Positions 35,371-46,080 of a stretch of 64,000 bases of DNA are shown here, in pieces. A program made the translations under genes and the position numbers. This stretch comes from Heterodontus francisci. Lineage: Eukaryota. Where the stretch lies: positions 40,339,590-40,403,589 of the forward strand of contig NC_090373.1 of NCBI RefSeq assembly GCF_036365525.1, read 5' to 3'. Numbering within the stretch: the first letter of the stretch is position 1; the number at the start of each line of letters is the position of its first letter. The notes under the pieces are model-generated. The model was not told where the DNA came from and searched no databases. It saw only the letters and a list, made by a program, of their open reading frames with translations.

Positions 35371-37505
35371 CAGTAGGCCTCCAGAGCGCTGTCCTTGCAG
35401 TGACTAAGCTGCCTTGTCATCTTTGCCTTTGCTACTCCTCTCGGTTGATATCCAACTGTCTCGCCAAGCACTGTGGCCACCCGTGCCAATCCCACTCAGC
35501 ATCAAACCCACCCAAGCCTATCCGTGCAGAGCACACAATATTACAGGCCGAGAATGCCCTCCGCTCCTGCCCTTTCCCTATCCAGCAATGTTCATGGCTG
35601 CCTTCCTATCGCAGCATTGAGGCCAAGCCTCAGTGGTGCCAGCTTTTAACGGCCGTGGATTCGAAGGCACGTGAGGGCTGCCCACTGTCTACTTAATTTC
35701 AAACCCCCCCATTGAATCGCTTTCAATTACATGCAAATATATTAAAACTAACTGTTCTGCAATTCAAATGGCATTCCCTTCGCGTTGGGGCAACAGGCCA
35801 GCTTGGTGCTTTTTCGTCACTAAGTCCCAAACTGACCTCATGATGTCAGATTCTGGGCAGTCATGTCCCACACTATTCTTCGGCCTGCCAGGCCTCCAAT
35901 CTCATTCTAAATGGCCTCAGTAAATTCAGCCCATAGTGTGGCTGTCAGTGCGCAGTTCCTGCATGCACTTCAAGTGCTGCCACATATGGCTGTCCATGAG
36001 CTTGGCCACTCTCTCAATGGAGGAGCTCATGTGCTCAAAGCCCTGAACCATGGTGGAGCACACGAGCTAAATAGACTCTTCCTTTCTCAGCGCATAACCC
36101 TGCATTGCCTCAAGGAACTCTGACATGTGGGAGCACATCTGCTGCTGCTGGTCTAGGTAGAGTCTCCATTCCTGTGACTCCCAAGGCCCTGCAATTGCAC
36201 CCAGCTGAACATGGCTGTGGCTGTGCTCCATCCTCTGAGGGGAACTGCCCACAGCTTTCTCTGTCACCTTCCTGCTCACTCGTGATTTTCTCATCACCCA
36301 GGGCTACCCTATATATCCATGCATGAAGAGCCAACGAGGTGACTGAAAGTGCTGGTGGCACTTGTTAGGTGTGATGGTGCTTGTTCTGAGTTCAGCTCTG
36401 CCAGCACCTGGCCTGGAGATGGTACAGCAGTCAGCCTTTGTGGTTCCACATCAGAACCTGAGGAAGACACAAGAAGAGATCATGAGAAGTAGCCTTGGAG
36501 GGCAGAAGCCTCTGCCGTGCTGAGTCTTCCCAAAGCAACTGAGTCTTTGGCATGCTGTCGGATGGGATGGAGTACAATGCATCTCCTTAATCTATGCATT
36601 CTAGTTTCTATTTACCCTCTCCACCAGGGATGCCCGTCTCACCTTCCCCAACTTGCTCGAGGTCAGCGATCCTGATTATCTCCATGGCTCCCTCTTCCAT
36701 GCTGTGTAAGAAGGGAAACTCTCCTCCTGCTTCGGCCCTCTCATGGTCATTGTGAGCCCATTTCTCCTGCAAGGACAAACAAGAGAGCAATAAAGCTGGC
36801 CTCGATGGCTAACGCCAGCAGCTCATTTTCACAAGACAATGGATGTATCAGTGCTGGCAGACCATCAATAGCACTCTAGCATTGAGCCTTGTTGAGGTGT
36901 CAGTAAGTGCTCTGAGCTCACACTCCTCCCAAGTTCAGGAGCAGCACGTGCCCTCAAGCTCCTTAGATGGAGTGTCTGCTGGAGGGTGAATACCCAGAGG
37001 CATGTCCTGAGGGTGTGGTGTTGCATTCACCTTGTCAGAGCGAATAAGGTTATTGAACTTCTTCTGGCACTGGATCCAGTTCCTCCTGAACACACTCCAT
37101 CTGCTCACTGTCTCCGCCAGCTAAATCCAGCCCTGCTTGGTCTGGGAGGTTGGCCTCTTCTGGGAGAAGGACCTCTCCCTCACTGCCTCAAGGAGGATCT
37201 CAAGGTTGGTATCCACAAAGCAAAGGGCAGCCCTGCTTTCATGTTTATTCTAGCAAGCAAATCTCTAAAATTGCAGCCACAGTAACTGCTGCCACGGTAG
37301 GGTTAATTGGGCCCGCTCTCTTTCAGTCCCATCTTCGTTCTCAACTTCACGGCCACTAATTGGCTGCCCAGCATGCCCTCTAGCAAACTAACAGTCCATC
37401 CCCATGAAAATTGGGGTCTGTGACTCTTTCTCCCCAAAGCTGGATTGGGACCTGGAAACAGTCCCGGCATCCATTTCCCACCCCAGAAGGAAAATCCTGC
37501 CCTAA

Positions 37506-38157
37506 GGATCAGATATGCAGTTAAACATGGATATCCAAAAATTGCTGTCTATGTTGTGACGCTCCCCACTTAGCTTCACAAAAATATCATCTCACTGACT
37601 GCCTCACTATTGAAATGCATTGAACAGCATGAAATTGCTGTATTTGTGTAGTAGATATGTATTAAACTTGTCACAGAAATTTAAATCTTGTTATTTCAAA
37701 CCTAAGTGCTCTTGTCATGATGTGATGTGTTAATTAATGCCTATTAACCTCTCAGGCATAGAAAATAACTATTAAAAATATGGAGTTTCGTTCCATGAAG
37801 TATTGTTTGTTGTTGGAGAATTAGAAAATTTTCTTTTAGCATTTCCTTTCTGTCTCTTTTCTCTCTCTCTTTCAAAGTATTTTTTTTTCCTTTTCCTTAA
37901 TTCTCATGATGTACCTGATTTGACATTGCATTCATGCACTCTCATTTTACACTTCCTTCTTAGTCTTTGCGCAGCTTATTTATCAATCCTTCAGTTCGAT
38001 TGGTTAAGGAGATAGCCTGCTTACAAAAGCCGCAGGTGCCCTGTTTCTCTTGCTGCGCCATTATCAGCTCATACTTTCAGCAACTTGCCATGCAAAAATG
38101 TAAATACCTAAACGTGCAAGAGCAAGACTTATTCACAGCAGATGCAAAATCTGGGCT
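37506..38157. mobile_element. AT-rich MITE (family C), abutting Harbinger A
   Basis: GGATCAGATATGC...GCAAAATCTGGGCT ends. Internal similarity to 4330-4927 and 56377-56930. Confidence 0.6.
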
Positions 38158-38219
38158 AGTGTATCTTTTGTAAACACACTACTCACACACAATATACACA
38201 CTCTACTCATATCTCTAGC

Positions 38220-38418
38220 CACAGTCCCAAAGGACCATAGGCATCTGTCCCCATTAGAGAGAGACAGTTGGTGATGTATAGCTTGAGGGTCACCACTCCT
38301 CCAGCGTGAGGCAAGGCAAGGAGGCAGGCCTCCATGAACTATCACAGCTACGGGGATTGAACCTGTGCTGTTGGTGTCTTTCTACATTTCATGCTAGCTA
38401 ACTGAGCTAACCGACCCA
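38220..38418 (-). mobile_element. Short tRNA-derived SINE
   Basis: Minus strand begins GGTCGGTTAGCTCAGTTAG (A box) ... GGTTCAATCCCCG (B box), followed by a non-tRNA body. Confidence 0.65.
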
Positions 38419-38834
38419 CCACCCCCCCTGCCCCGGCCCACACTCATACATATTACAGGCATTGTAAACATTAAAGTGTCTTCTGGAATTGAGGAGCTGT
38501 CTGAATATGTAAATGGATGCCCGATAAGGAGTTTGCTCCCTAAAGCTGCATCAAACCCAAACTACAATGTGAAAAGTGCCTTAGATTGTTGTGCATATTA
38601 GCTTTCTAATTGGCTTTCACTATTCTGTCCTGAGGCCATCACTTTTGCTATATTTTAATTGCCTTCATCTATATTCCCACTGGGATTTTTTACTTCATTT
38701 CAACGTATATTATTTTCCACCAACACACCATTTTCCCATCGTATCTAGTTTACTTACCACTGATGATCTCTGCAATTTCTCATGTTCTTTGCCATTCTTC
38801 CAAATTATAGAAACTTGCACTGTTCAACAATGAA

Positions 38835-40110
38835 TAGATTATAGAATCATAGAATGGTTCCAGCACAGTAGAAGCCGGTTGTGTCCGTGCTGGCTCTCTG
38901 CAAGAGCATCTCAGCTTGTTCCATTCCCCTGCCCTTTCCCCATAGCCCTGCAAATTTTTTTTCTTCAGATTCATTTCTCTTCAGGTGCTTATCCAATTCC
39001 CTTTTGACAGCCAGGATTGAATCTACCTCCACCACACACTCAGGCAGTGCAGTCCAATTCCTAACCACTTACTGCATAAAAAAGTTCTTCCTCATGTCGC
39101 CGTTGTGTCTTTTACCAATCACCTTAAATTAGTGTCCTCTGGTCCTTGACCCTTCTTCCAATGGAAAGAACTTCTCTCTATCTACTCAGTCTAGACACCT
39201 CATGATTTTGAAGGCCTCTAGCAAATCTCCTCTCAACCATCTATTCTCTAAGAAGAACAACCCCAACTTCTCCAAGTAATCTACGTAAATGAAGACCCTA
39301 ATCCTTCATTCTCATGAATCTTTTCTGCGCCGTGTCTAAAGTTTTCACCTGCATTCTAAAGTACGATGCCGGAATTAGAAACAGTGCTCCCAGTTAAGGC
39401 CAAACCAGTGTTTTATAAATCTTCATCATAACTTCCTTGCTTTTGTACTCTATGCCTCTATGTTTAAAGCCCAAGATCCTGTATGTCTTTTTAACCACTT
39501 TCGCAACCTACCCTGCTACCTTCAACAATTTGTGCATGTGTACCTTCAGACCTCCCTGTTCCTGGGGCCCTTTTAGAATTATAATCTTTATTTTCTATTA
39601 CCTCTTTTCATTCTTCCAACCAAAATGTATCGCTTCACACTTCTCTGCATTAGATTATTCACCAGCCTGTCTATGTCCTCTTGAAGTCTGTCACTATCCT
39701 CCTCACTGTTCACAATACTTCTAAGTTTTGTGTCATCATCAAATTTTGAAATTGTGCCCTGTGCACCCAAGTCCAAGTCATTGATATAAATCAAGAAAAG
39801 TAGTGGTCTCAGTACCAATCCCTGGGAAACCCCACTGTATACCTCCCTCCGGTCTGAAAAACAATTATTCATCAGCACTCTCTATTTCCTGTCACTCAGC
39901 CAACTTCGTATCCATGCTGCCACTGTCCCTTTTATTCCATGGGCTTTAACATTGCTGACAAGCCTGTTATGTGGCACTTTATAAAACATCTTTAGGAAGT
40001 CCATGTGCACCACATCAACTGCTTTATCTTCATCAACCCTCTTTATTACCTTATCAAAAATTCAAGTAAGTTAATGAAATACCATTTGCCTTTAACAAAT
40101 CCATGCTAGC
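38835..40110 (-). mobile_element. CR1 LINE fragment (RT to tail), degenerate
   Basis: SGVSQGLVLRPLLFLIYINDLD...SKFDDDTKL (ORF 39588..39878). (ATTCTATG)-like tail at the left end. Confidence 0.88.
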
Positions 40111-40404
40111 TTAACACCAGTACAGATGTACAGTTTATTTATTCTGGGATACGTAATTGTGAAATAGCTAAAGAAATCCAACAGAGTGAATATTATGACA
40201 TGGCTGCAATGCACATCTCCCTTATTGCTTACCTGGTAAGTATGTTTAAAATCATTCAATCAAAACCTATTGCCAATTAAACCAGTTTAGGAGCACAGTT
40301 TGAGAGAAAGTATAATGTATTATAATGAAGCTATATCAGAGGCAAGTGATACAAGGTCTCGCTCACATTGGTACAGACTCTGTACAAATATCATTCACAG
40401 GAAC

Positions 40405-40806
40405 AATTTCTTGCCAAGTTGCCTGACTTAGGTCTCAGAATAAGGGGCAGGCCATTTTGGACTGAGGTGAGGAGGAATTTCTTTATTCAGAGGGTGGTGA
40501 ATCTTTGGAATTCTCTCTGAGGGCTGTGGAGGCTCATCCATTGAGTATGTTCAAAACAGAGATCGATAGATTTCTGGATATTTATGGCCTTTATAGCCAC
40601 TCCAAGCGCTGCTTCACAAACCACTGACCACCTCCAGGCGCTTACCCATTGTCTCTCGAGACAAGGAGGCCAAAGAAAGATATCAAGGGATATGGGGATA
40701 GTGCAGGAAAATGCCATTGAGGTAGAAGATCAGTCAGGATCTAGTTGAATGGAGGAGCAGGCTTGAAGGCCTGAATGGCCTGCTCATATTTCCAAGTTCC
40801 TATGTT
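40405..40806 (+). mobile_element. CR1 3' end interrupted by a ~95-bp RTE tail
   Basis: AGAATAAGGGGCAGGCCATTT..GAGGGTGGTGAATCTTTGGAATTC..GGCCTGAATGGCCTGCTC. Confidence 0.85.
40582..40678 (+). mobile_element. RTE 3' tail fragment
   Basis: GGCCTTTATAGCCACTCC..CCATTGTCTCTCGAGACAAGGAGGCCAAAGAAA is nearly identical to 15744-15838 and 62016-62112. Flanked by GATAT. Confidence 0.88.
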
Positions 40807-41379
40807 TCAAATAGAGCAGTTAAGCACACAGAAGCAATCTGGGCAACTGATACTGGGAAGACAGTATTAACTGTTACGAATAACACTAGCTGGCTTATTT
40901 TGAAAAAGGTTTATAATTTTGCTTTCAAGAAACAGGAGGTGGGATTCTCCTCTTCCTGTTTGGGAAGTGGCAGACTAGATTTTCCATTCACAGCTGTGAA
41001 CCCACTGGCCGGGATGTCATGAGTCCCACGGCATTCCCAATGGCAGAACCACAAGTTGGCATAACTTCCACTTCTGTCAGGTTTCCCATGCGATTTCATA
41101 TGTAAATTAAAAATGCAGCAATGGGCAAGCGGGGAGCACATGGGATTCAACGGTGGGGACGGCCTGTCATTGGTGGAATCTGCCGACATGGGGCCAAGCA
41201 CCAAGATTGTCATGGATATAAAGCATTCTGTGCTTGCCGCCTCAAGAAGCTTTCTTGTATGAATAGGAGCTTGAAACCAAGCATGAAATCAATCCAAAAT
41301 ACTTTTGTCTCCCTTAATTTTTGTAATCCAGCACCAACCTCCTGTCATGTACTTCATTTCTGCAACCACATAGAGGAAT

Positions 41380-42800
41380 ATGTCGGCCAGCCGGAGGTGT
41401 CCCGCCCCACGGTTCAGTGATACCTCCCGGCAGGTTCTCCTCTAAACCATCAGGGAAAGGCAAGAGGTCCTCTTCTCTGCAGATGGAGTGTTAAATCTCT
41501 CCTGCCTGACCAAGGTGACCTGGATAGAGGTAGCAGAGGAGGTCTCAAATTGTGTGGTGACGTGCAGAACATGGGTGCAGTGTCACAAGCGCATCAGTGA
41601 CTTGCCCAGACTGGCGAGGGCAAGTGGTCTTGGTGAAACCGCTCCATTTTTTTTTCTCCCTGGCTCCACCTCTTTAAGACAGAAGGCAAACAAGGCATAC
41701 ATTGGATTGCATGAGCAGCCTTGCTGACATATTCTGAATAATTGTATGCAAAGTTGACGATTTGTATTGTTGATGGGCTTGGACGTGTAGCGCGAAAGCG
41801 AGTTTTGAATGATTGCTGTCGATGAATGTTTATAATGGTTATGATTCTTTAAAAAAAAATTCTCATTCAATCTGTACTGTCTCCCGCAGGACAAACACAT
41901 CCACAACTAGTACGAGCAAGACAAGACAGGTGTCGCTGACATTAGAGTGTTGACACCGGCTGAAGAGGAGGCTGCACAAATAGTGAGAGAGGAGGGGGTC
42001 AGGGCAATAGCAGATAGCGAGGCAGGATCTTCAAGGCTTAAGGATGAAGTGTCATCTTCAGTCTTGCAGTCATGTGTGCATATCCACTGGAAGTGACTGA
42101 ACTAATGCGAAACTGATGCTTAATATGCCTCTGTTTGTGTCTCGACTGCAGGTGCCCACACTCGAGTGTCTGGAAGCCACGAGGCCCAAGACTCCTCCTC
42201 TTGGGAGGAAGATGAAGCAAGTGCCCCAGAGGGTGCACCATCACCTGCCTCTTCTTCCATATCCGCCAGTGAAGATACATCCATACAGTCCACGGGCGGG
42301 TTTAAGATTAGAATCTAGGTCACATTCTGGTGCACGACACAGGCACATCCCAGCAGCTGAGGGAGCATGTGCCAGCTGGGCCCCCTGACAATCGGAGGAC
42401 TTCTGGGGACCAGGCTCCTGATCAGCCCCACGCTCATGATGATTCTTTGTTTGTTGCTACGAGAAGTCTGTTGGATGTGCAGCAAAGCCATGTGGAAAAT
42501 ATGTTGGAGATACCTGAGGTCATGCATGGCTTTGTGCGTGCCATGGAGGAGTCCATGCAAGCCATGACGTCTGCCATGTTCCGTTTGATCATATGACTTC
42601 CTCAGTTGAGAGTCTGGCGAGCTCCGTGGCGAATCTGGTTGAGCACTCGAGCCATATGTGATCTGACCTGCACTCCATTGATGTTGCAGTGGGCTCCATG
42701 GAGCAGAGTCTAAGCGAGAGGGGGCATGGAATCTGGACCTCCCTCTGGGTGCTTCTTACCCTTAAGGAGAAAGGTAGGTGCAATCGTGCACACAGATGGA
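41380..42800 (+). pseudogene. Myb/SANT-like partner gene of Harbinger B
   Basis: Exon 1 has PRFSDTS..IRERQEVLF..TKVTWIEVAEEVS..RTWVQCHKRISDL. Exon 2 from 41890 reads DKHIHN*YEQDKTG..LTPAEEEA. Exon 3 from ~42152. Confidence 0.78.
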
Positions 42801-42994
42801 GGACGAGCGCGTGCCAACTGTCCTGGGGCATTCCTCTCAGGACACCCCCAGGGTAAGTGGCGTTTCGTCCTCCCTCCCAACATTGACCTCCAACCGGCGA
42901 ACACACGGGGGATATTCACATGCCAGTCCTGCAGACCCCCACTAGGATGGCGCCATCAAGACCCTGTTCCCCCATGGTCATCCACAGCAATGGG

Positions 42995-43708
42995 TCATCG
43001 CACTGAGAAGATGTGCATGATTCTTCTCCTGTAGTTGCAAACCAGTTGTATGTTTAAAGAGTGGAAGCCTTTGCAATTCAGAAATACAACAGATTGGTGC
43101 CAGGGAGCTCTAATGGCCACGTGAGTACAGTCCATCAGCCCTTGCACTCTAGGGAACCCAGTAATGGCATTGAAAGGCACAGACCTTTCTGCCTGGCTGT
43201 CCTTGTCTACAGGTAAGTAGATAGAATCATTGGCACATTGAAAAAAGGCGTTGGTCACCTCTTTGTTGCACCTGTGGGTTGCAGACTGCAAGATGCCACA
43301 TATGTCACCTGTGGATCCCTGGAAAGATCCACTAGTAAAATAATTGAGTGCAGCAGTCGCCTTGAGGGTAACTGGCATCGGATTCCCACTAAAGCCAAAT
43401 GGCTGCAGGTCATGCCGCAGAATCCCACAAATTTCTGTGACCATTTCACGTGACATCCTTAGGCGACTCTGGCATTTCCTCTCTGACATTTGTAGGTAAT
43501 TTGTCCTTGTCCTGAGGATGCGATGACATGCCAGTGCCCGTCTTTGATAATGCCGTTCCTGGATGTTATCATTCGGAGCATCCTCACCTTCCTGCTCTGC
43601 CTGTTGCTGGCATTCAGGCATCATGAGTTGAGGGAAAAGAGCCCTCCTTAGTCTCTCTCCTTGCTCTTCTTCCCATGGTATTAGACAAATTGGGTGTTTG
43701 AGACCCAT
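42995..43708 (-). pseudogene. HARBI1-like transposase, N-terminal 237 aa open, C-terminal catalytic half deleted
   Basis: YLQMSERKCQSRLRMSR, ALNYFTSGSFQ, GFPRVQGLMDCTHVAI, NCKGFHSLNIQLVCN. The GSxHD, GDxGY and RxxIE motifs are absent. Confidence 0.9.
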
Positions 43709-44479
43709 GTCGTTGTGGCTTTTATGAACAATGAAGAAGCAGAGCGTGGGATTTCAGCCTCTGATGCCAGTGAGCTGAAACACTGAGGCAATGAGCAGTT
43801 CACTTTTATATGCTTTCACATTGCAGCCAGGTAGAAGACACACCCACTATTGTTTGTCTCCTCCCACTCTCCTTGCTCTCCTTGAGTGTCCATGTGGTTT
43901 CCATTGTCATTGGAGAAAATGGTGTGTGTGGAATTCAGGGCAAGTCTCCGCCCTTTCCAACCTCCTCCTGCAGCCTTCCAGATTGAACCCATCACCCTTG
44001 ACCCACCCAGTGTTACCGTTACCCTTCCCTCCGTTACCATTGAACCTCCCCCCATTACCGTGCACAGCATAAACAACAATGCATTCAGGCGATCCCTCCC
44101 CATTATTCCTACTCCCATTGCTATTGACATGGAGCACACAGAGAGTGGACCTGCAAGAGAAGGGCAGTGGCGGCGAGAGATAAAAACTGGCAGCAGAGAG
44201 GGAGGCCCAGCATATGGAGACCGGACCTGCATGAGAAGGGCAGCGGTGGCGGGAGATAAAAACCAACGGTCAAGAGCCCCTTCTACCTGTCTCTACCTGT
44301 CAGAACCGAGGTGTGATGTCACAGGAAAACAGGTAGGTGATTGGTGGGTATCTCTTCCATGTCTCTTTTGATGGCCAAGTGGTTTCAATCAAGAGACGTT
44401 ATTACAGCTGAAGAGTACAGTTAAGAAATTCACTTTTAAAATATTTAACATCCAAATTATTTAATTAAATAGAATAGAG

Positions 44480-45422
44480 ATGGCTGGGCAGGCGATGTGT
44501 TGCAGCTGTAGTATGTGGGAGCTGGTGGACGTCGGTGCGATCCACAGTGACCACATCTGCAGCAAGTGTTGGCTGCTCGAGAACCTTCGGCTTAGAGTTG
44601 ATGAGCTGGAGACTGAGCTGCAGACACTGTGACACATCAGGGAGGGGGGGAGTTACCTGGACACTGTGTTTCAGGAGACAGTCACACCCCTTAGATTAAT
44701 TACATCCAATTTGGACCGTGGTCAGGGACAGGAGGGTGTGACTGCGAGTGAGGCAGGTATGGGCATCCAAAATTTAGCTTTGGAGGAGCCTCAGTCAGTG
44801 CCCTTATCCAATAGGTATGAGGTTCTTGCTCCCAGTGTGGACGAGAGCACAGACTTCAGGGAGGATGAGCGAACTGACCACAGCACCATGGTTCAGAGCG
44901 CCATTCAAGTGGGGGGAGAAAAGAGAAATGTAGTAGTAATAGGGGATAGCACAGTTAGGGGAATAGATACTGTTCTCTGCAGCAAAGATAGAGAGTCCCG
45001 AAGGCTGTGTTGCCTACCTGGTCCCAAGGTTAAGGACATCTCTTCTGCACTGGAGAGGAACTTGGAGTGGGAGGGGAAGGATCCAGTTGTCATGGTCCAC
45101 ATAGGTACCAACGACATAGGTAAGACTAGGAAAGACGTTCTGCTGAGGGACTATGAGCAGCTTGGGGCTAAATTAAATAGCAGAACCACCAAGGTAATAA
45201 TCTCTGGATTACTACCCGAGCCACATGCAAATTGGCATAGGGTAAATAAGATTAGAGAAGTAAACGTGTGGCTCAAAGATTGGTGTGGGAGAAATGGGGC
45301 ACTGGCACCAGTACTGGGGAAGGAGAGAACTGTTCCGTTGGGACAGGCTTCATTTGAACCATGCTGGGACTAGTGTCCTGGCGAATAGTCTTACTCAGGT
45401 TGTAGATAGAACATTAAACTAA
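44480..45422 (+). pseudogene. CR1 ORF1: zinc finger/leucine zipper plus SGNH esterase-like domain
   Basis: MAGQAMCCSCSMWE..HICSKCWLLENLRLRVDELETEL, then VVVIGDSTVRG, CLPG and HIGTND (ORF 44666..45373). One stop and a frameshift. Confidence 0.88.
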
Positions 45423-46080
45423 TTAGTGGGGGAGGAGGGTTCAATTGAAGGGAAATTTAAAAATTCAAAAAGAAACGAGAAAGCAAAGGTACAGGGTAGT
45501 GAAGAGGTGAATGGTAAACAAAGTGTGACAGGGAAGGGGCAGAAAGTATAAGCAGGAGATTGCAGCAGAAGTTAGAACCAGAATGAGTAATAATGGTAAA
45601 ATGTCAAAGCTGAAGACTCTTTATCTGAATGCATGCAGCATTTGTAACAAGATAGATGAGTTGACGACACAAATAAAAATGAATGAATATGACTTGATAG
45701 CTATTAGAAACGTGGTTGCAGGGTGACCAAGACTGGGACCTCAATATTTAAGGGTATTCGACATTCTGGAAAAATAGACAAAAAGGAAAAGGAGGTGGGG
45801 GTAGCTTTGTTAATAAAGGAAGGTATCAGTGCAGTGGTGAGTAGTGATATAGGTGCAATAGATTGTGATGTGGAATCCGTTTGGATGGAAATAACGAATA
45901 GCAAGGGGAAGAGGTCATGGGTGGGTGTCGTCTATAAGCCCCCGAAGAGTTGTCTCACTGTAGGACACAGTATAAATCGGGAAATAATGGTAGCATGTAA
46001 GAAGGGCGCTACAATTGCCATGGGTGATTTTAATCTGCATATTGACTGGACAAATCAGATTGGCAGAAGTAACATCGAAG

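Larger units (their letters stand above)
32460..35932 (+). mobile_element. Nested Harbinger derivative carrying only the Myb/SANT gene
   Basis: TIRs GGGCTGGATGTA / TAAATTCAGCCC. TSD ATA at 32457-32459 and 35933-35935. No transposase core motifs seen inside. Confidence 0.82.
31990..37245 (-). pseudogene. Myb/SANT-like partner gene of Harbinger A (spliced; last exon split by the nested element)
   Basis: Exon 1 at ~37245-37011 (FVDTNLEILLEAVRE..RNWIQCQKKFNNLIRSDK|GTGAAT). Exon 2 from ~36766 (TTGCAG|EKWAHNDHERAEAGG; ORF 36608..36790). Confidence 0.75.
30161..37502. mobile_element. PIF/Harbinger DNA transposon A: two convergent genes, degenerate, with a nested insertion
   Basis: TIRs GAGCTGGATTTT / AAAATCCTGCCC. 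Canonical TAA TSD at 30158-30160 and 37503-37505. Contains a transposase (+) and a Myb/SANT gene (-). Confidence 0.85.
40937..44130. mobile_element. PIF/Harbinger transposon B (Myb gene +, transposase -, internally deleted); probably resumes at ~55318-56339 after the CR1 cluster
   Basis: Left TIR-like AGGTGGGATTCTCC and convergent genes. The C-rich subterminal sequence at 43950-44130 resembles 55318-55790. The candidate right TIR GGAAAAAACAGCCT (~56326-56339) lacks a matching TSD. Confidence 0.65.

Noticed and set aside
30600-43708. Host genes HARBI1 / NAIF1 / MSANTD
   Set aside because: There are multiple degenerate copies bounded by TIRs/TSDs, with stops and frameshifts. These are transposon ORFs, so no gene symbol was assigned.
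43886-44371. Pro/Thr-rich 161-aa ORF
   Set aside because: It spans the junction between C-rich Harbinger subterminal sequence and the CR1 5' UTR. It is a low-complexity artefact.
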